A DNA stretch of 64,000 nt, taken from the NCBI RefSeq assembly GCF_009914755.1, contig NC_060945.1. One strand, 5' to 3'. The DNA comes from the human T2T-CHM13v2.0 reference genome, Homo sapiens. A program made the translations under genes and the position numbers. Shown here in pieces: positions 48,735 through 58,700 of the stretch (the stretch's first letter is position 1; each line of letters begins with the position of its first letter). The notes under the pieces are model-generated. The model saw only the letters and a list, made by a program, of their open reading frames with translations, did no database searches and was not told the origin of the DNA.

Positions 48735-50863
48735 TTGTGTACTGTACATAATATATTAAATCCCCCAAATATATATTGTATACTGTATATAAAATATGAA
48801 GGTACTTCAAATTCATATTACATGCTGCACATAAAATATCAAACTACCCAAGGTATGCATTATATACTGTACATAAAATATCAAAGTACCCAAAGTGTAT
48901 ATTATATACTGTACATAAAATATGAAGTTTCATCAAATATATTTTATATTCGGCACATAAAATATCAAAGTACATCAAATATATATTATATACTGTACAT
49001 AAAATATCAAAGTACCAAAAATATGTATTATATACTGTACATAAAATATGAAAGTAACCATTTATAATAAACTGTACATAAAATATCAAAGTACTCAAAC
49101 TACATATTATATACAGTATATAAAATGTCAAAGTACCCAAACTGTATATTATATACTGTACATAATATATCAAAGTACCCGAATATATAGCATACTGTAC
49201 ATAAAATATCAAAGTACCCAAAATATATATTGTATACTGTACATAAAATATGAAGGTACATGAAAGATATATTATATTCTGTACATAAAATCTCAAAGTA
49301 CACCAAATATATATTATATGCTGTACATAATATATTAAAGTTGCCCAAATATATATTATATACTGTACATAAAATATGAAGGTACATCAAATATATATTA
49401 TATGCTGCACATAAAATATCAAAGTACCCAAAGTATGTATTATATACTGTACATAAAATATCAAAGTACCCAAATTATATATTATATACTGTACATAAAA
49501 TATAAAATACCCCAAATATATATTATATACTGTACATAAAATATCAAAGTACACAAAATATGTATTATATACTGTACATAAAATACCAAAGGACCCAAAG
49601 TATATATTATATACCGTACAAAAAATATCAAAATACCCAAAATATATATCATATACTGTACATAAAATATGAAAGTAACAAATTATTTATAATAAACTCT
49701 ACATAAAATATCAATGTACTCAAACTATATATTATGTGCGGTACACAAGATATCAAAGTACCCATACTATATAGTATATACTGTACTTAAAATATCAAAA
49801 TACCCAGAATATATATTATATACGTTAAATAAACTATCAAATACCCAAAGTATGTATTATATACTGTACATAAAACAGCAAAGTTCCCAAAATATATATT
49901 ATATACTGTACATAAAATATGAAGGAAAATCAAACATATATTATATTCTGTACATAAAATATAAAACTACCCCAAATATATATTATATACTGTACATGAA
50001 ATATAAAACTACCCCAAATATATATTATATACTGTACATAAAATATCAAAGTACCCAAAATATATATTATATACTGTACATAAAATATCAAAGTACACAA
50101 ACTTTATATTATAGAGTGTACATAAAATATCAAAGTAACAAAAATATATATTGTATACTGTAAATAAAATATCAATATACCCAAAATATATATTATGTAC
50201 TGTACATAAAATATCAAAGTACCCAAAATACGTATTATATACTGTACATAAAATATGAAAGTACATCAAATATATATTATATTCTGTATATAAAATATCA
50301 AATTACACCAAATATATTTTATAAATTGTACATGAAATATGAAGGTACATCAAATATATATTATATGCTGCACATAAAATATCAAAGTACTCAAAGTATG
50401 TATTATATATTGTACATAAAATATCAAAGTACTCAAAGTACATATTATATAGTGTACATGAAATATGAAGTTACATCAAATATATATTGTATTCTGTACA
50501 TAAAATATCAAAGTACACTAAATATATATTATATACTGTACTTAAAATATAAAATACCCCAAATATACATTATATACTGTACATAAAATATCAAAGTACC
50601 CAAAATATATATTATATACTGAACTTAAAATATCAAAGGACCCAAAATATATATTATACACTGTATATAAAATACCATAATAAGCAAAATATGTGTCATA
50701 TACTGTACATAAAATATGAAAGTACCCAAACATTTATAATCAACTGTACATAAAATATCAAAGTACTAAAACTATATATTATGTGCTGTATATAAAATAT
50801 CAAAGTACCCATACTATATATTATATACTGTACAAAAAATATCAAAATATATATTATATGAAT

Positions 50864-50881
50864 TCCGTGCTTCCAACTAAA
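50864..50881 (-). other. Degenerate (probably non-binding) CENP-B box at the array junction
   Basis: TCCGTGCTTCCAACTAAA versus intact TCCCGCTTCCAACGAAA: 1-bp length change in the CCCG part and CGAA>CTAA, disrupting both conserved CpG-containing core elements. Confidence 0.75.
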
Positions 50882-51201
50882 TCCTCAAAGCAATCCAAAT
50901 ATCCACTTGCAGATTCCACAAAAAGAGGGTTTCAAATCTGCTCTATCAATAGCAAGGTTCAACTCTGTTAGTATAGGACACATATCACCAACAAGTTTCT
51001 GAGAATGCTTCTGTCTACTTTCTATGGGAGGATATTTCCTTTTTCACTGTAGGCGACAAAGCGATCAAATTGTCCATTCCATATACTACAAAAAGTGTGT
51101 TTCAAACCTGCTTTATGAAAGGTAATATTCATCTCTATGTGTTGAATGGAAATATCAGAAAGAAATTGCTGAGAATTCTGCTGTCTACATTTTATATGAA
51201 T

Positions 51202-51218
51202 TCCCGCTTCCAACGAAA
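51202..51218 (-). other. CENP-B box (first intact copy; recurs every HOR)
   Basis: TCCCGCTTCCAACGAAA is the reverse complement of TTTCGTTGGAAGCGGGA, matching YTTCGTTGGAARCGGGA. Confidence 0.95.
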
Positions 51219-51542
51219 TCCTCAAATCAATCCAAATATCCACTTGCAGATTCCACAAAAAGAGTGTTTCAAAACTGCTCTATCAATAGAAAGGTTCAAC
51301 TCTTTTAGTTGAGAACACACATCACAAACAAGTTTCTGAGAATGCTTCTCTCTCGCTTTTATGGGAAGACGTTTCCTTTCCACCAAAGGCATCAAAGTGT
51401 TCCAAATGTCCACTTCCAGATTCTACCAAAAGAGTGTTTCAAACGTGCTCATAGTAAGGGAATGTTCAACTCTGTGACTTGAATGCAGATATCACCAAGT
51501 AGTTTCTAATAGTGCTTCTGTCTAGATTTTAGATGATGATAT

Positions 51543-51559
51543 TCCCGTTTCCAACGAAA
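51543..51559 (-). other. CENP-B box (recurs every HOR)
   Basis: TCCCGTTTCCAACGAAA is the reverse complement of TTTCGTTGGAAACGGGA. Confidence 0.95.
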
Positions 51560-51713
51560 TCGTTAGAGCTATCCAAATGTCCAGTTACAGTTTCTACCAA
51601 AAGGGTGTTTCCAAATTGCTGCATCAAAAGAAAGGTTCAACTCTGTTAGTTGAGGACACACATCACAAAGAAGTTTGTGAGAATGCTTCTGTCTAGATTT
51701 TGTATGACGATAT

Positions 51714-51730
51714 TCCCTTTTCCAACGATA
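51714..51730 (-). other. Degenerate CENP-B box fixed in every HOR copy
   Basis: TCCCTTTTCCAACGATA: two core positions changed (CCCG>CCCT, CGAA>CGAT). Lies one monomer (171 bp) after an intact box. Confidence 0.8.
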
Positions 51731-52051
51731 TCGTTAAAGCAATCTAAATATCAATTTGCAGAATCCACAAAAATAGAGTTTCAAAGCTGCTCTGTAAAAA
51801 GAAAGGTTCCACTCTGTTAGCTGAGTACACACATCACAAACTTGTTTCTGAGAATCCTTCTGTCTCGTTTTTATGGGAAGATATTTACTTTTCCACCGTA
51901 GGCATCAAAGCGCTCCAAATGTCCACATCCAGATACTCCAGAAAGAGTGTTTCAAACCTGCTCTATGAAAGGGAATCTTCAACTCTATGAGTTGAATGCA
52001 GACATCAGAAAGAAATTTCTGAGAATGCTGCTGTCTACCTTTTATTTGAAT

Positions 52052-52068
52052 TCCCGCTTCCAACGAAA
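52052..52068 (-). other. CENP-B box (recurs every HOR)
   Basis: TCCCGCTTCCAACGAAA, exact consensus match on the minus strand. Confidence 0.95.
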
Positions 52069-52393
52069 TCCTCCAAGCTATCCAAATATCCACCTGCATT
52101 TTCCACAACAAGAGTGTTTCAAAACTGCTCTATCAATAGAAATGTTCAACTCCTTTGGCTGGGTACACACATCACAAACAAGTTTCTGAGAATGCTTCTG
52201 TCTAGTTTTTATGGGAAGACATTCCCTTTTTCACCAAAGGCATCAAAGCGCTCCAAATGTCCACTTCCAGACACTACAAAAAGAGTGTTTCAAACGTGCT
52301 CTAAGAAAACGAATGTTCAACTCTGTGACTTGAATGCAGATATCACAGAGTAGTTTCTGAGAGGGCTTCTGTCTAGATTTTAGATGATGATAT

Positions 52394-52410
52394 TCCCGTT
52401 TCCAACGAAA
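52394..52410 (-). other. CENP-B box (recurs every HOR)
   Basis: TCCCGTTTCCAACGAAA, exact consensus match on the minus strand. Confidence 0.95.
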
Positions 52411-52731
52411 TCATTAGAGCTATCCAAATATCCACTTACAGTTTCTACAAAAAGAGTGTTTCCAAACTGCTGCATCAAAAGAGAGGTTCCACTCTGTTAG
52501 CTGAGTACACACATCACAAACTTGTTTCTCAGAATCCTTCTGTCTCGTTTTTATGGGAAGATATTTACTTTTTCACCGTAGGTATCAAAGCGCTCCAAAT
52601 GTCCACATCCAGATAGTACAGAAAGAGTTTTTCAAACCTGCTCTATGAAAGGGAATCTTCAACTCTATGAGTTGAATGCAGACATCAGAAAGAAATTTCT
52701 GAGAATGCTGCTGTCTACCTTTTATTTGAAT

Positions 52732-52748
52732 TCCCGCTTCCAACGAAA
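52732..52748 (-). other. CENP-B box (recurs every HOR; 5 intact boxes per 1,870 bp, about 35 in the window)
   Basis: TCCCGCTTCCAACGAAA; the next box at 53072 equals 51202+1870, closing the period. Confidence 0.95.
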
Positions 52749-55700
52749 TCCTCCAAGCTATCCAAATATCCACTTGCAGATTCCACAAAAAGAGTGTTTC
52801 AAAACTGCTCTCTATCAATGGCAAAGTTCAACTCTGTTAGTTGAGGACACATATCACCAACAAGTTTCTGAGAATGCTTCTGTCTATTTTTTATGGGAAG
52901 ATATTTCCTTTTTCACCGTAGGCGTCAAGGCGATCGAAATGTCCACTTCCACAAACTACAAAAAGAGTGTTTCAAACCTGCTCTATGAAAGGCCATGTTC
53001 ATCTCTATGAGTTGAATGGAAATATCCGAAAGAAATTTCTGGGAATGCTGCTGTCTAGTGTTTATACGAATTCCCGCTTCCAACGAAATCCTCAAAGCAA
53101 TCCAAATATCCACTTGCAGAATCCACAAAAAGAGTGTTTCAAAACTGCTCTATCAATAGAAAGGTTCAACTCTTTTAGTTGAGTACACACATCACGAACA
53201 AGTTTCTGAGAATGCTTCTGTCTGGCTTTTATTGGAAGACGTTTCCTTTTCACCAAAGGCATCAAAGTGCTCCAAATGTCCACTTCCAGATTCTACCAAA
53301 AGAGTGTTTCAAACGTGCTCATAGTAAGGGAATGTTCAACTCTGTGACTTGAATGCAGATATCACCAAGTAGTTTCTAATAGTGCTTCTGTCTAGATTTT
53401 AGATGATGATATTCCCGTTTCCAACGAAATCGCTAGAGCTATCCAAATATCCAGTTACAGTTTCTACCAAAAGGGTGTTTCCAAATTGCTGCATCAAAAG
53501 AAAGGTTCAACTCTGTTAGTTGAGGACACACGTCACAAAGAAGTTTGTGAGAATGCTTCTGTCTAGATTTTGTATGACGATATTCCCTTTTCCAACGATA
53601 TCGTTAAAGCAATCTAAATATCAATTTGCAGAATCCACAAAAATAGAGTTTCAAAGCTGCTCTGTAAAAAGAAAGGTTCCACTCTGTTAGCTGAGTACAC
53701 ACATCACAAACTTGTTTCTGAGAATCCTTCTGTCTCGTTTTTATGGGAAGATATTTACTTTTTCACCGTAGGCATCAAAGCGCTCCAAATGTCCACATCC
53801 AGATACTCCAGAAAGAGTGTTTCAAACCTGCTCTATGAAAGGCAATCTTCAACTCTATGAGTTGAATGCAGACATCAGAAAGAAATTTCTGAGAATGCTG
53901 CTGTCTACCTTTTATTTGAATTCCCGCTTCCAACGAAATCCTCCAAGCTATCCAAATATCCACCTGCATTTTCCACAACAAGAGTGTTTCAAAACTGCTC
54001 TATCAATAGAAATGTTCAACTCCTTTGGCTGGGTACACACATCACAAACAAGTTTCTGAGAATGCTTCTGTCTAGTTTTTATGGGAAGACGTTCCCTTTT
54101 TCACCAAAGGCATCAAAGCGCTCCAAATGTCCACTTCCAGACACTACAAAAAGAGTGTTTCCAACGTGCCCTAAGAAAGCGAATGTTCAACTCTGTGACT
54201 TGAATGCAGATATCACAAAGTAGTTTCTGAGAGGGCTTCTGTCTAGATTTTAGATGATGATATTCCCGTTTCCAACGAAATCATTAGAGCTATCCAAATA
54301 TCCACTTACAGTTTCTACAAAAAGAGTGTTTCCAAACTGCTGCATCAAAAGAGAGGTTCCACTCTGTTAGCTGAGTACACACATCACAAACTTGTTTCTC
54401 AGAATCCTTCTGTCTCGTTTTTATGGGAAGATATTTACTTTTTCACCGTAGGCATCAAAGCGCTCCAAATGTCCACATCCAGATACTCCAGAAAGAGTGT
54501 TTCAAACCTGCTCTATGAAAGGGAATCTTCAACTCTATGAGTTGAATGCAGACATCAGAAAGAAATTTCTGAGAATGCTGCTGTCTACCTTTTATTTGAA
54601 TTCCCGCTTCCAACGAAATCCTCCAAGCTATCCAAATATCCACTTGCAGATTCCACAAAAAGAGTGTTTCAAAACTGCTCTCTATCAATGGCAAAGTTCA
54701 ACTCTGTTAGTTGAGGACACATATCACCAACAAGTTTCTGAGAATGCTTCTGTCTATTTTTTATGGGAAGATATTTCCTTTTTCACCGTAGGCGTCAAGG
54801 CGATCGAAATGTCCACTTCCACAAACTACAAAAAGAGTGTTTCAAACCTGCTCTATGAAAGGCCATGTTCATCTCTATGAGTTGAATGGAAATATCCGAA
54901 AGAAATTTCTGGGAATGCTGCTGTCTAGTGTTTATACGAATTCCCGCTTCCAACGAAATCCTCAAAGCAATCCAAATATCCACTTGCAGAATCCACAAAA
55001 AGAGTGTTTCAAAACTGCTCTATCAATAGAAAGGTTCAACTCTTTTAGTTGAGTACACACATCACGAACAAGTTTCTGAGAATGCTTCTGTCTGGCTTTT
55101 ATTGGAAGACGTTTCCTTTTCACCAAAGGCATCAAAGCGCTCCAAATGTCCACTTCCAGATTCTTCCAAAAGAGTGTTTCAAACGTGCTCAAAGTAAGGG
55201 AATGTTCAACTCTGTGACTTGAATGCAGATATCACCAAGTAGTTTCTAATAGTGCTTCTGTCTAGATTTCAGATGATGATATTCCCGTTTCCAACGAAAT
55301 CGTTAGAGCTATCCAAATATCCACTTACAGTTTCTACAAAAAGAGTGTTTCCAAACTGCTGCATCAAAAGAAAGGTTCAACTCTGTTAGTTGAGGACACA
55401 CATCACAAAGAAGTTTGTGAGAATGCTTCTGTCTAGATTTTGTATGACGATATTCCCTTTTCCAACGATATCGTTAAAGCAATCTAAATATCAATTTGCA
55501 GAATCCACAAAAATAGAGTTTCAAAGCTGCTCTGTAAAAATAAAGGTTCCACTCTGTTAGCTGAGTACACACATCACAAACTTGTTTCTGAGAATCCTTC
55601 TGTCTCGTTTTTATGGGAAGATATTTACTTTTTCACCGTAGGCATCAAAGCGCTCCAAATGTCCACATCCAGATACTCCAGAAAGACTGTTTCAAACCTG

Positions 55701-58700
55701 CTCTATGAAAGGGAATCTTCAACTCTATGAGTTGAATGCAGACATCAGAAAGAAATTTCTGAGAATGCTGCTGTCTACCTTTTATTTGAATTCCCGCTTC
55801 CAACGAAATCCTCCAAGCTATCCAAATATCCACTTGCATTTTCCACAAAAAGAGTGTTTCAAAACTGCTCTATCAATAGAAATGTTCAACTCCTTTAGCT
55901 GGGTACACACATCACAAACAAGTTTCTGAGAATGCTTCTGTCTAGTTTTTATGGGAAGACGTTCCCTTTTTCACCAAAGGCATCAAAGCGCTCCAAATGT
56001 CCACTTCCAGACACTACAAAAAGAGTGTTTCAAACGTGCTCTAAGAAAGCGAATGTTCAACTCTGTGACTTGAATGCAGATATCACAAAGTAGTTTCTGA
56101 GAGGGCTTCTGTCTAGATTTTAGATGATGATATTCCCGTTTCCAACGAAATCATTAGAGCTATCCAAATATCCACTTACAGTTTCTACAAAAAGAGTGTT
56201 TCCAAACTGCTGCATCAAAAGAGAGGTTCCACTCTGTTAGCTGAGTACACACATCACAAACTTGTTTCTCAGAATCCTTCTGTCTCGTTTTTATGGGAAG
56301 ATATTTACTTTTTCACCGTAGGCATCAAAGCGCTCCAAATGTCCACATCCAGATACTCCAGAAAGAGTGTTTCAAACCTGCTCTATGAAAGGGAATCTTC
56401 AACTCTATGAGTTGAATGCAGACATCAGAAAGAAATTTCTGAGAATGCTGCTGTCTACCTTTTATTTGAATTCCCGCTTCCAACGAAATCCTCCAAGCTA
56501 TCCAAATATCCACTTGCAGATTCCACAAAAAGAGTGTTTCAAAACTGCTCTCTATCAATGGCAAAGTTCAACTCTGTTAGTTGAGGACACATATCACCAA
56601 CAAGTTTCTGAGAATGCTTCTGTCTATTTTTTATGGGAAGATATTTCCTTTTTCACCGTAGGCGTCAAGGCGATCGAAATGTCCACTTCCACAAACTACA
56701 AAAAGAGTGTTTCAAACCTGCTCTATGAAAGGCGATGTTCATCTCTATGAGTTGAATGGAAATATCCGAAAGAAATTTCTGGGAATGCTGCTGTCTAGTT
56801 TTTATATGAATTCCCGCTTCCAACGAAATCCTCAAAGCAATCCAAATATCCACTTGCAGAATCCACAAAAAGATTGTTTCAAAACTGCTCTATCAATAGA
56901 AAGGTTCAACTCTTTTAGTTGAGTACACACATCACAAACAAGTTTCTGAGAATGCTTCTGTCTGGCTTTTATTGGAAGACGTTTCCTTTTCACCAAAGGC
57001 ATCAAAGTGCTCCAAATGTCCACTTCCAGATTCTTCCAAAAGAGTGTTTCAAACGTGGTCGAAGTAAGGGAATGTTCAACTCTGTGACTTGAATGCAGAT
57101 ATCACCAAGTAGTTTCTAATAGTGCTTCTGTCTACATTTTAGATGATGATATTCCCGTTTCCAACGAAATCGTTAGAGCTATCCAAATATCCAGTTACAG
57201 TTTCTACCAAAAGGGTGTTTCCAAATTGCTGCATCAAAAGAAAGGTTCAACTCTGTTAGTTGAGGACACACATCACAAAGAAGTTTGTGAGAATGCTTCT
57301 GTCTAGATTTTGTATGACGATATTCCCTTTTCCAACGATATCGTTAAAGCAATCTAAATATCAATTTGCAGAATCCACAAAAATAGAGTTTCAAAGCTGC
57401 TCTGTAAAAAGAAAGGTTCCACTCTGTTAGCTGAGTACACACATCACAAACTTGTTTCTGAGAATCCTTCTGTCTCGTTTTTATGGGAAGATATTTACTT
57501 TTCCACCGTAGGCATCAAAGCGCTCCAAATGTCCACATCCAGATACTCCAGAACGAGTGTTTCAAACCTGCTCTATGAAAGGGAATCTTCAACTCTATGA
57601 GTTGAATGCAGACATCAGAAAGAAATTTCTGAGAATGCTGCTGTCTACCTTTTATTTGAATTCCCGCTTCCAACGAAATCCTCCAAGCTATCCAAATATC
57701 CACCTGCATTTTCCACAACAAGAGTGTTTCAAAACTGCTCTATCAATAGAAATGTTCAACTCCTTTGGCTGGGTACACACATCACAAACAAGTTTCTGAG
57801 AATGCTTCTGTCTAGTTTTTATGGGAAGACGTTCCCTTTTTCACCAAAGGCATCAAAGCGCTCCAAATGTCCACTTCCAGACACTACAAAAAGAGTGTTT
57901 CCAACGTGCCCTAAGAAAGCGAATGTTCAACTCTGTGACTTGAATGCAGATATCACAAAGTAGTTTCTGAGAGGGCTTCTGTCTAGATTTTAGATGATGA
58001 TATTCCCGTTTCCAACGAAATCATTAGAGCTATCCAAATATCCACTTACAGTTTCTACAAAAAGAGTGTTTCCAAACTGCTGCATCAAAAGAGAGGTTCC
58101 ACTCTGTTAGCTGAGTACACACATCACAAACTTGTTTCTCAGAATCCTTCTGTCTCGTTTTTATGGGAAGATATTTACTTTTTCACCGTAGGCATCAAAG
58201 CGCTCCAAATGTCCACATCCAGATAGTACAGAGTTTTTCAAACCTGCTCTATGAAAGGGAATCTTCAACTCTATGAGTTGAATGCAGACATCAGAAAGAA
58301 ATTTCTGAGAATGCTGCTGTCTACCTTTTATTTGAATTCCCGCTTCCAACGAAATCCTCCAAGCTATCCAAATATCCACTTGCAGATTCCACAAAAAGAG
58401 TGTTTCAAAACTGCTCTCTATCAATGGCAAAGTTCAACTCTGTTAGTTGAGGACACATATCACCAACAAGTTTCTGAGAATGCTTCTGTCTATTTTTTAT
58501 GGGAAGATATTTCCTTTTTCACCGTAGGCGTCAAGGCGATCGAAATGTCCACTTCCACAAACTACAAAAAGAGTGTTTCAAACCTGCTCTATGAAAGGCC
58601 ATGTTCATCTCTATGAGTTGAATGGAAATATCCGAAAGAAATTTCTGGGAATGCTGCTGTCTAGTGTTTATACGAATTCCCGCTTCCAACGAAATCCTCA

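Larger units (their letters stand above)
1..50853 (+). repeat. Human Satellite 1A (HSat1A / SAR), 42-bp AT-rich tandem array, single orientation, truncated by window start
   Basis: Continuous diverged copies of ACATAAAATATCAAAGTACCCAAAATATATATTATATACTGT (42 bp). Two GTAC (RsaI) sites per monomer give the alternating 17-bp and 25-bp sub-units of classical satellite 1. Very AT-rich, CpG-poor, no interspersed elements seen. Confidence 0.96.

Noticed and set aside
428-50733. Hundreds of 60-245 aa ORFs rich in Y/I/F/C (e.g. repeated YFDILCTVYNIYFG), resembling a repeat or membrane protein family
   Set aside because: 42 bp is exactly 14 codons, so stop-poor frames of the satellite give periodic peptides on both strands and in overlapping frames. 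There is no domain, splice or promoter evidence, and copies are broken at random.
1-50853. CRISPR-like appearance (conserved TACTGTACATAAAATAT alternating with more variable segments)
   Set aside because: The variable segments are homologous to each other rather than unique spacers, there are no cas genes, and the context is primate centromeric satellite.
1-50853. Numerous TATA-like and AATAAA motifs
   Set aside because: Expected from the base composition and the repeat consensus; no sequence evidence of function, although satellite transcription cannot be excluded.
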